Shown: positions 52,941 to 64,000 of the stretch, in pieces
Numbering within the stretch: position 1 is the first letter of the stretch
Layout of the letters: every line of letters starts with the position of its first letter
NCBI RefSeq assembly: GCF_902652985.1
Contig: NC_047015.1
Coordinates: 50,778,001-50,842,000, forward strand
Direction: 5' to 3'
DNA from: Pecten maximus
Taxonomy: Eukaryota
Length of the DNA stretch: 64,000 bases
Program-made: the position numbers and the translations under genes
The notes under the pieces: generated by a model
What the model saw: the letters and a program-made list of their open reading frames with translations, nothing else
What the model was told of the DNA's origin: nothing
The model's database searches: none

Positions 52941-55544
52941 TCTAGATATGATAACTACCTTTTAAAAAAAATATGACAAATTTAAAAAAAAAGATAAAGT
53001 TAGTCTCATAAGTAAATGGTTTCTTGATCCTGTAAAAATGGAATAGATATACGCCTTGTTCTGAAAGAAATCAAACCCCAAAGCAAGGGGGGGGGGGGGG
53101 GGGGGGGTTGGTTAAGGTAAGTTTAATTTTTCCTATTTCATCATGATTGTCACACTAAAATAGCTCAAGTATCAATTCAGCGTTGAGTCAAACACTGTTC
53201 ACTTAATCCCTAAAACTATTTTTGGATGACATAGTAGATTACAGAAGAGGTCATATCAGATGTTAATAAAAAGATAATTGTCAGCAAATTTAGACAGCGT
53301 GCCTGTGGGGACGAGTACAACTCTGTGACCTTTAACGCAGATTTCTTCGATCGGCAATTGTTACTAATTCCGTAACGCATTTCTCTTTATTATTCTAAAT
53401 AAAGATACGATTAACACAATCGAGGTAAATCTAATACATATAAATGTCAAATACGTACATCCTAATACCTCTGAATTATCATTAACTCTTATTGTAGTTC
53501 CGTATCTCTGCTACCCGCGTCCTTGTCGTGGGGGCGTGGAGTTCGAAACGCCGTGTGGCCCGAGGGAAGCACTCATTACCCCCCTGTACTACATTGACAT
53601 CTGACGATACCGTAAGTACCTGATGGATGATAAAATCTGTAATAAATACGGGTAATGTGACAATTCTGCTATAGTGTCGTATCAAGGACAAATTAAATAT
53701 AGATTTGATACTGTCAGCTGTTTCCTTTTTTGGAAATATTTTACAGTATTTGTCAGTTCACAATGGCAGTCTTGTTCAAAATATGAAAATAAAAACGAGC
53801 ATGATGTTTTATTTATTATTATGATGCAGCATAAAAGAAATCCACATTAAAGGTATTTTTTCCATCAAACAACTATAACATAAGATATATCTTTTTAAGA
53901 TTTTTTTTAAGTCAATTATTGCATGTACAACATATCTCCGGAGTTTAGATTGACCGTATTTGGAATTTGTATACTAAATTTCTGCTTCACGATACTTTAA
54001 TTATCATTATTCCGTCAACTCAAGACTTTAATCCGGATATAATTCAGATAAGATTTTGCTTGTTCTGGGTACGTGGCACGCTTTAACCATCTTCAAAATC
54101 CAAGGAATGAAAAGAACCCTTGGATTTGTGAGGTGTGTTTTACTTTCTGTCCAAATTCCTCTATTTGTTTGACCAATCAATAAATAGCATAAGGATCAAT
54201 TACCTAGTTGCTTGTCAGCAGATGCGGCTACAGAATCACGTGACCAAAGACGAGATCAGAAATTGGTCATCCGATTGGTGAACCTTTCCTCTAATGATCC
54301 AGGTACAGGTAAGAATAGAATCTACCCTATACTCTGTTGAACGATTAAATTTATTAAATTAAATGTTTCAATGGAAGATATACTTATTACCTACGATAAA
54401 ATTCCATGGCATTTGAAATGTTAATTTCTGTCTATCATTTAGCACCTTTTGCACTTGGAAACAACACCCTTGCTGACAGAAATGTGCTATTTCAGCTTTA
54501 AACTTTCGTAACCTATGAAAGTCGCGCCCTGTGCCGGAGTTAGCCGAGATATTACGATTACTCCCGAATGCGGTCAGCTGAAACCGTCATCAGGGCTAGA
54601 AACGGATTACAAGCAGCAACCAGACAATGGCTTTTCGCGGATGACGAGGTCCTGTTCAACAAAATTCATGAAAGCATACTTGCTGGTTGTTAAATACGAA
54701 CTAGCTGTAGGTACATGTAGTTTATTAAATTCCTCCGTACGCATCAATAAACTTATAGATTATCCGAATTCTAAGAAATACATGGCTTCCCGATTATGTT
54801 TTAAGAAAGCGGATTCTTCAGTTTCTGAGTAAATAATTAAAGAGACCCAATCATGTGTTCTTCGTGGATAAGCGTGATAACACTATCCTTCGATATCTTT
54901 TCACGTGCCAATATTCCAAAGTATCCGTTTGGTGTATATTGACACTAATGAAAATATCAATAATCTTTTGTACCAGATAAGATGGCGATCATGTAAACTT
55001 CTGACCTGCGATCAGAAAGGCCGATAACTCTTCCGTAATTACTTTGTGTAGTTCAGTATGTTATCAACTAATCTATAGCAATAGGCTAGAACTCATATCG
55101 TCAACCTCCCACGACTTTTTTTTTTATCCTTGTGAAATTGATTTTGGTGTCATTGACAATTTACTTTTAATCTTGGCTGTCTCAAAAACAAATTATAGCC
55201 GATGAATAGCCGATTAGGCATGTTGTTTTCTCAAATATATTATCATTTGTTTAACGAGCTCGAGTCTAAGTGACGTTATACTTCGATTACCTGATTTCTG
55301 AAACCACAACTTCGGCGCCCAGGATTTGATATTTTTAGTTAAACCTGCTGTCGAGACTAAATCTGAAACAGTGTGTACGATTGTTTTTAATAACATCCAT
55401 TTCCCCGGCACCATCTTTATAACAACGATCGAAACGAAATGACGCTTTTTAAATACAACAACAACAACAAAAAAACAATTAAATTAAATGATTACATATG
55501 TAAATGTCTTTCAATACCAAAATAAACATTCTTGAGGGGAAAAA

Positions 55545-55960
55545 ATGATTGAATTATTGTAATGACAGCTAAAAGCGTACAGATAAAAAAAAATGAGGTC
55601 AAGAACAAGAGCAATTACTCTAAGCTAAATCGATGATGCTTTTTTTAGTTACAAAATACAGATTTAAACAATTTCTTTGCCCGTTGAAAAATAAAGAAAC
55701 AAAAAGAGAATATAAATGAATTAAGGTAATGACAGCTATACGCTAGCAGATAAAAATATTGATGTTTAAAACAATGACAAAATCAATGGAGCTTTTATTA
55801 ACCGAATGTAGAGCTAAACTTTTTCATTTTTTAAACTATTTTTAAATACAAAAAAAAATGAGGAAAAAATATGTATGGATTAAGTTAATGAGAGCTACAC
55901 TCTAAAAGATAAAAATATTGACGTAAACCCAAGGGCAATTACTCTTGCTAAATCGATGTG
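55545..55960. repeat. Degenerate ~165-bp tandem repeat x~2.5
   Basis: aatgacagcta...agataaaaa at 55561, 55728 and 55887. Confidence 0.6.
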
Positions 55961-57780
55961 TTTACTCGTATTTTAGCTATATCAGATAGATTGATATCTA
56001 TGTAATAGACCTAACTGATGACGAATCAAAATGGCTCTACCGCTAGTTCGGCAATTTGCATTAACGGTAAAACAAAAATCACTAATCTTCCTCGAATTAT
56101 GGCCGCAGGTGACAGGCTGCCATTTTCACGATAACGGATTTTTAGAATGATAGGTATATTTGTCCCCGATGGACCTTTGTGTTTCTAGACAGATATCAGT
56201 CGAAACCGAGGCTAGTTACCGTGGTCGCTTGTGCTTCGCTGATGCCAAAGATGCTTTGTATTGATAATCATCGTTGAATGTCAAAAACACCGCTGCGACC
56301 ATTCATGTTCATGAAGTTTTCTTGCTAGATATACTCCAAACTAAATAGGCTTTTGTGGTTGTTTTCAATGGACATCAGTGGTATATCATGATAAGGACTA
56401 AGGGTTGTCAATTTCATTTCAAATATATGAGACTGAAGTGGGGGCGGAGATCCGGGATCCGAGATCCGAGATCCGAAAACCCCGGACTCATATTGGTATC
56501 GCCTTGATGGCACTGGGATTTATGTATAGTGGCAGGGCCAATTAGATAAGCACGGCAATTACATGTTTAATGGGGAAAAACACAATGTGTTGTACGTAGA
56601 AATTGGTTAAAGGATCAGCGGTCATCTTTAATGTTCAAAATGCCGATAGATAAAAAGGGGATTTGTTATCTCTTTAAATATCACCAGATCAAAATGCTGC
56701 TGCTGCTGCTGAATAATCATATTTTATCTTGTTATCTTTTTTTTATTGCAAAAAAATATGATGATAAAGCTTAAACAGTTTCAAGATGAAGAGTTCAAAA
56801 ATGAAACCAAAGAAATGTGGGCAAAATGACGATGGTAAAAAAAAATAACCATTATAAGTCTTTCAAGCATCGCCGAATTAAGAATGTGTCTGGCTTAATT
56901 TGAACAAAAATCCTTTACATGCATATCAACAATTACTCTACAAAAATAGCATAGTATGAAATATCCATCATCAATCATATTTCTTATCGACGAGAAGTTT
57001 GAAATCAGGTCATTGATAGCTGACACGCTTACAGAAACGTGTAATATAAGTTCATTAGAGTCTGTTACGGAACAGTCTTACACTTCTCAAATTAAATCGC
57101 GTGTATGATGTCATAATTTAGATGTGTCACTAGGGATTCGTTTTGTTGGCACGTGGACAACAAAACCAACAAAACCTGGTGTCCAACCAACTAAAATCTG
57201 ACCGTTTTCTGATATTTCACGAAGCCTATTGACATTTTGAACATGTAGTTCATGGCACGAGGAAAAATATCTGCGCGAACACGGCAAAATGGTTAGTAAT
57301 ACCACAATAAGTTCCGGCAGGTAGGTCTTTAGAATTGCACTTGCTGACTGATATCCACATTGTATGATTGTTCGGGCGACTAATTTTCTGAAATACTTTG
57401 TCTTTTCTTTCTAAAATACCAAAGTAATTAAAACGGAACCTTGTGCTCCCGCCGGGTATGTTTCAATGTGCGTCCTTTCAATGAAAAGAGTCCTTTCTGT
57501 ACTGAGTAAAGAACACCATTCCGGGACCGCTCTACTTGACCGGAAGACAAATCATGTAAATCTGCCGATGGCATGGCATTTCATTGAGATGACACTATAA
57601 AGTAGTACTTAGATTGTCTCCAATAAAGTATATATAGGCACTGCACGATTATAAGACGCTTAGAAATACTCACCAACGAAACTTAACCAACCAAAGCCAC
57701 ATGTTGTCTTAAACGCGGTGGTTAGCCATGATTGTTAGAAAGGTATATTGACAGACGACTCTGCTAGACACACTTAACGA

Positions 57781-58779
57781 TGTATGGGAAGGCTATATTG
57801 GATGTATGGGAAGGCTATATTGGTGTATGGGAAGGCTATATTGGGTGTACGGGAAGGCTATATTGGGTGTACGGGAAGGCTATATTTGTGTATGGGAAGG
57901 CTATATTGGGTGTACGGGAACGCTATATTGGGTGTATGGGAAGGCTATATGGGGTGTATGGGAAGGCTATATTGGGTGTATGGGAAGGCTATATTTGTGT
58001 ATGAGAAGGCTATATTGGATGTACGGGAAGGCTATATTGGATGTATGGGAAGGCTATATTGGGTGTATGGGAAGGCTATATTGGGTGTATGGGAAGGCTA
58101 TATTTGTGTGTATGGGAAGGCTATATTGGGTGTATGGGAAGGCTATATTGGGTGTACAGGAAGGCTATATTGGGTGTACGGGAAGGCTATATTGGGTGTA
58201 CGGGAAGGCTATATTGGGTGTATGGGAAGGCTATATTGGGTGTATGGGAAGGCTATATTGGGTGTACGGGAAGGCTATATTGGATGTATGGGAAGGCTAT
58301 ATTTGTGTATGGGAAGGCTATATGGGGTGTACGGGAAGGCTATATTTGGTGTATGGGAAGGCTATATGGGGTGTACGGGAAGGCTATATTGGGTGTATGG
58401 GAAGGCTATATTGGGTGTATGGGAAGGCTATATTGGGTGTAAGGGAAGGCTATATTGGGTGTATGGGAAGGCTATATTGGGTGTATGGGAAGGCTATATT
58501 GAGTGTATGGGAAGGCTATATTGGGTGGACGGGAAGGCTATATTGAGTGTATGGGAAGGCTAAATTGGGTGTACGGGAAGGCTATATTGGGTGTACGGGA
58601 AGGCTATATTGGGTGTACGGGAAGGCTATATTGGGGGTATGGGAAGGCTATATTGGGTGTATTGGAAGGCTATATTGGGTGTACGGGAAGGCTATATGGG
58701 GTGTATGGGAAGGCTATATTGGGTGTATGGGAAGGCTATATTGGGTGTATGGGAAGGCTATATTGGGTGTATGGGAAGG
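57781..58779. repeat. 22-bp G-rich satellite, left arm (GTGTATGGGAAGGCTATATTGG)n
   Basis: ~45 near-perfect monomers. Confidence 0.98.
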
Positions 58780-59885
58780 CAGTGGCGTAGGAAGCGGGGG
58801 GGCAGGGGGGGCAATTGCCCCCCCCATTTTTTTCAGTGGGGGGGCAAACATATCTTTTTGCCCCCCCACTTTTTGACATCCAAAATCTAAAAAAGGGGAA
58901 AAATCACGAATTTATATATTCATTTCGATAAATATCTGTATATTTTCGAACCGATAATGTTTTCTTGAAGGCAACGATAAAAACTGTATCTTGTACATCC
59001 GGAACATTCCGACCTTTATACTAGTATATCAATCCTCAGACCTGTGTGTCGGTCGTCTGCAATAGCCTGGTAAGTCAATATTTATATCTTAATACGAAAT
59101 TTTGCTTAACTTCATCACATAGATTCAATAAGTTGATGGTAATTTGTGAAGTTAATTGAGTTCATAATGAGAACAAGACAGAAACACAACATGAATAAAA
59201 ATGCGCGGTTTTAACGTGAATAGAGTGATACTAATTACCGACAGGTACGAGGAAATACAAAAAAAAATTCGGCTCGCGCCTACGGCGCTCGCTTTATCAC
59301 TCAATTACTGCACCCTCCTTTCGATTGCTGATCCACAGGGGGGCTTCGCCACCCTGGGACCCGCTGGGCGGCCCCCAGACCTGTCGCAAAAAGGGGGAAA
59401 AAATCGGCTCGCGCCTACGGCGCTCACATGATCACTTAATTACTGGACCCCCCTTTCGAAAACTCCTGGATCCGCGCCTGATCCCGAATTATTGGATATG
59501 TGCTATATTCATTTTCCGCGGAGGGCTTAGACCCCCTTGAACCCCCTATCAGGGCGCTGCCCTGGACCCGCTAGGCGGCCCCTCAGACCCGTCGTAAAAA
59601 AAAAAAAAAAAAAGCAAAAAAAATCGGCTCGCGCCTACGGCGCTCGCATTATTAATAAATTACTGGACCACCCGCCCTTTCGAAAATCCTGGCCGGGCCT
59701 GGTGATTCATGATTTGCGTAAATAACTTATTTTGTACTACATAAATTATCAAAATTATCATGGGATGTTGAAATGATAATTATTGCCTAATTTTGCGGAA
59801 ATGGCATACGATTTGTATAGTACGTAAAATTTAAGGTTAAAAAAATTTTGCCCCCCCCACTTTTTGACGACTTCCTACGCCACTG
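58780..59885. mobile_element. Non-autonomous hAT-like DNA transposon, 1106 bp, inserted in the 22-bp satellite
   Basis: Perfect 15-bp TIRs CAGTGGCGTAGGAAG / CTTCCTACGCCACTG; flanking direct repeat GAAGG (58775-79, 59886-90); GC-rich subterminal GGGGGCAA/TTGCCCCC motifs; no transposase ORF. Confidence 0.92.
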
Positions 59886-61335
59886 GAAGGCTATATTGGG
59901 TGTATGGGAAGGCTATATTGGGGGTATGGGAAGGCTATATTGGGGGTATGGGAAGGCTATATTGGGTGTATGGGAACGCTATATTGGGTGTATGGGAACG
60001 CTATATTGGGTGTATGGGAAGGCTATATTGAGTGTATGGGAAGGCTATATTGGGTGTATGGGAAGGCTATATTGAGTGTACGGGAAGGCTATATGGAGTG
60101 TACGGAAAGGTAATATTGGGTGTACGGGAAGGCTATATTGGGTGTATGGGAAGGCTATATTGGGTGTATGGGAAGGCTATATTGGGTTTATGGGAAGGCT
60201 ATATTGGGTGTACGGGAAGGCTATATTGGGTGTATGGGAAGGCTATATTGGGTGTACGGGAAGGCTATATTGGGTGTACGGGAAGGCTATATTGGGTGTA
60301 TGGGAAGGCTATATTGGGTGTACGGGAAGGCTATATTGGGTGGACGGGAAGGCTATATTTGTGTATGGGAAGGCTATATTGGGTGTATGGGAAGGCTATT
60401 GGGTGTATGGGAAGGCTATATTGGGTGTATGGGAAGGCTATATTGGGTGTATGGGAAGGCTATATTGAGTGTATGGGAACGCTATATTGGGTGTATGGGA
60501 AGGCTATATTGGGTGTATGGGAAGGCTATATTGGGGGTATGGGAAGGCTATATTGGGTGTATGGGAAGGCTATATTGGGTGTATGGGAAGGCTATATTGG
60601 GTGTATGGGAAGGCTATATTGGGTGTATGGGAAGGCTATATGGGGTGTATGGGAAGGCTATATTGGGTGTATGGGAAGGCTATATTGGGTGTACGGGAAG
60701 GCTATATTGGGGGTATGGGAAGGCTATATGGGGTGTATGGGAAGGCTATATTGGGTGTATGGGAACGCTATATTGGGTGTATGGGAAGGCTATATTGGGT
60801 GTATGGGAAGGCTATATTGGGTGTATGGGAAGGCTATATTGGGTGTATGGGAAGGCTATATTGGGTGTATGGGAAGGCTATATGGGGTGTATGGGAAGGC
60901 TATATGGGGTGTACGGGAAGGCTCTATGGGGTGTATGGGAAGGCTATATGGGATAATTATGGAAGGGTCCTACATTGGGTATGAAGGGCTCTAATGGGTG
61001 TATTGGAAGGCTCTATGGAATACGTATGGAAGGGTTTCTATTAGGTATCAAGGGTTCTATTGGGTGTATGGGAAGGCGCTATGGAAAGTATGGAAGGGTC
61101 CTATCGGATGTACGGGAAGGCTCTATGGGATAATTATGGAAGGGTCCTACATTGGGTATGAAGGGACTCTATTTGGTGTATGGGAAGGCTCTATGGGATT
61201 AGTATGGAAGGGTTCTACATTGGGTATCAAGGGTTCTATTTGGTGTATGGGAAGGCTCTATGGAAAGCATGGAAGGGTCCCTACATTAACTATATGGGAA
61301 GGCGCTATGGAAAGTATGGAAGGGCCCTATTGGCA
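59886..61335. repeat. 22-bp G-rich satellite, right arm; homogeneous to ~60950, then degenerate
   Basis: Resumes in register after the transposon. Confidence 0.97.
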
Positions 61336-63116
61336 TATGTGAGAGCGTTAGGATATCCCATATTGCCCTCCCATATACCCGATCTAAGACACTTCCATAC
61401 ATCCTAAAAAATAACGCTATTTTCTTCTTCTTCTTTTTGTATGAAACTTTAGTTACACGTAGCTTTAGATATTGAGTGATGGCGTTGATTCAAAATTGTC
61501 CATAATGGATATGTTTTTCAAAAGACTTTTTTTAAATGTATTTTATTGACGGAGACTAGAATGAAAGCAGACAAACATTTGTATCTCGTTTTCCATGCCA
61601 AAGATACATTGACTATCATAAAACAGAGAAGAGACAAATTCAACAGCATCCCCAACGGAGCCGAAATGGAAGAGTATATTTGGGGAAACCTATAATTGGT
61701 TGACTAATGGCATACTGTCCATTTCATTTCTGAAAGAGAACATTACATTTGTGTATCTGACAGCGTCGTTAGGCATTAGATAGGTTTGTCCACTCGGTAT
61801 ACGAAAGTTTCTATGTACTCTTACATTCAGACCGTCTTTATAATGACCGGAGGGAAATATTTCTTCCTTCAAAACTGACCACTTGATCCCAATGCTACAT
61901 ACTGACATTACAGGACTGTCACCCGGTCGCAATCCCTTCTATGGTATGGGGCGAGGACATTGATTCAGCTGTAGTTTGAGATACAATATGCTATGTGTTC
62001 ATATGATTAATTCAAATGAAGCAGTTAATTTTGGAAAAGAAGGTGCGGATGTGTGATGAAATTTTTATTGTTTATTTTCAGAAATTATCCTTTTGTATGT
62101 TGTTAAGTTATCAAAAATAATGTAAATTATCAGAAAAGAAAGCAATGGAATGATATGAACTCAAATTCACTATAAAGACCTATAAGCTCCCCGAAACAAG
62201 GTCTGACACTGAGGGAAAAGTGGAGCTTTTGCTACATTTGCTCACCTTCACTCTGACCTTTGATGTGATATTTCAGTGTGCTAACACTTTAAAGTGTTAG
62301 GTTTCACTCGAACTAGAACTCTAAAATGTGTGGTGTTCAATACTGTACTTACAATGTACAAATGTTGTAAGGAATGATTATGTAGGGGTTAGTGACGGCA
62401 GATTATAAAGTACCTCTTCATATGGACCACCTGTCTAGTTGTATCGCCATTGTGTAATTATCATTTGATCTATAAATGCAATGGCCTTAAGACTTGTTTC
62501 TTTTCTCTATTGGTAGGTCGGTATAGAGAGGAATGATTTGCATTGGTGCATCACAAAGCCGCTCACTGCCGCCAGGATGCATCTGAAGTAATTGTCAATG
62601 AAAGTTAAAAATGATTCCCTATTTAATGTAATAGAGGATGATGAATGTTGAAAAGGGCAGTTTATGTCGACAAAATAACAATAAAAAATAAATTAATAAT
62701 GGAAGCAATATTGAAGTGATATGATATACTTTAAAACGTAATTGTTTTGAGGAAATAAACATTTTAAGAAATAATTATATTTTAGACATGATACATCTTT
62801 TGTGATGGGTGGAATATCGAATTTTCTTTGGTTTTATGATATGTTGATGTAATGTCTAGTGCTTTCAATACCGCTGACATCAAGAACCGACAGATCAGAT
62901 TTTCTGGAAGCTGCTTTATGAAAATGCCACACGTCATGTGTTTGTAATTTATCGATATTGTTGTTAAGATAAAAGATGAAAACAGTTCATTAACAAATAC
63001 AGCCTACTCGATTGATATTTTTTGAATTTCAAGTGTAAAATTGCGATCACGCAATGTGGGAAGGGCGGGATATCATTAAACGTTGTTGAACTCTGACATT
63101 AGTTTCTAAACCAAAA

Positions 63117-63495
63117 CATTTGTCTTGGCCTTAAGTGAAAAGTATAAATGTCATTTGTCTTAACCGTAAGTGAAAAGTGTAAATGTAATTTATCTTGACC
63201 TAAAGTCTAAAGGCAAAGTGTACAAGGTAAATGTCATTTGTCTTGGCCCAAAATGTTGCGTGTAAATGTCACTTGTCTTGACCTTAAGTGTAAAGTGCTC
63301 ATGTTATTTCTCTTGGCCCAAAGTGTAACGTATAAATGTTATGTCTTGGCCAAAAGTGAAGTGTAAATGTCATTTGTTTTGGCCCAAAGTGTAAAGTGAA
63401 AAATTAATTTGTCTTGGCCCAAAATAAAAAGTGTAAATGCAATTTTTCTTTGCCTGAATTGTGAAGTGTAATTGCTATGTCTATTGGCCTAAAGC
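63117..63495. repeat. Degenerate ~35-bp tandem repeat, ~11 units
   Basis: Consensus catttgtcttggcccaaagtgtaaagtgtaaatgt. Confidence 0.85.
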
Positions 63496-64000
63496 TTATG
63501 TGTAAAGATGAAATTTCAAAACAGCACGAACTTTAATCCTAATATAGATGAAAGAAAAAGAAAACTTGAACGCTTATAGTCTTCTTATTACATCAAATTT
63601 ATAACTGCCTTTGCTCCCATATTTCAAAGCTCTTCGTGAACTATAAACATCCCGTGTTCTGTATATTCTATAACGTTATGTGTGGTTGTAAGATGATACT
63701 GTACATATGATGATACTGAAGAATTACTCCTTATATCACGATATCGCTGTTAATTTGACTTCTTTCTTGAACTTCATTAATGTACATATCATTGGTGCCA
63801 AACAACCATCACTACTCACGGCAAAAGGTGACGATCGTGTTGATCAATTAGCACGTGCATGTCGATTTCAGGAAACAACAAAAAATAAAGAGCATGTCAA
63901 AACGCTTAAAAGCTTACAGGTGACGGCGTCACGTGGGATGTGAAGCTATGCCATTTCCTGCGTGTTTCTATATTTAGCGTAAAATTACTTAATGATAATA

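Noticed and set aside
53520-53575. B-box-like GTTCGAAAC in a GC-rich patch
   Set aside because: No convincing A box, cloverleaf or SINE body; at most a fragment.
54515-54832. 105-aa ORF
   Set aside because: No recognisable domain or splice context; consistent with chance in a GC-richer patch.
57780-60994. Long ORFs (up to 320 aa) of VWEGYIGCMGRLYWVYGKAILG repeats
   Set aside because: By-product of a stop-free 22-bp satellite. They are open in all three frames, interrupted by a transposon, and show no codon-position bias or gene structure.
61560-61970. Possible exon or pseudogene (ORF 61690-61932, minus strand)
   Set aside because: In-frame stops on both sides and no recognisable protein family; cannot be supported without a homology search.

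Overview
Eukaryotic, very AT-rich genomic DNA, probably from a mollusc and most likely a bivalve. That assignment is inferred from the Slo1 protein sequence, a V-domain tRNA-SINE and the repeat types. Bases ~700-36000 hold the 3' two-thirds of a + strand slowpoke/Slo1 (KCNMA1, BK channel) gene, from the end of S6 through RCK1, the RCK1-RCK2 linker, RCK2 with the Ca2+ bowl, and the C-terminus. I assembled the exons by hand from GT-AG boundaries and codon phase. Notable points in the gene: (i) a 19-kb linker region with an array of frame-preserving microexons, two alternative phase-1-to-phase-2 converter exons and a strong excess of TGCATG (Rbfox) motifs; (ii) a 37-bp triplication of one 3' splice site in which only the last copy is in frame; (iii) two paralogous xFCL exons that let the terminal exon be read in two frames; (iv) one extra G that breaks the frame at one acceptor, probably an assembly error. 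Downstream (40-64 kb) is repeat-rich: a deleted mariner element with inverted TTAGGG-type fillers, a V-SINE, a 7.4-kb 20-bp satellite with ~1.5-kb higher-order structure, a ~49-bp array with an invariant ETS-like core, and a 22-bp G-rich satellite interrupted by a 1.1-kb hAT-like element with a 5-bp TSD. I found no prokaryotic system or CRISPR array. The long repetitive ORFs at 57.8-61 kb are satellite artefacts.
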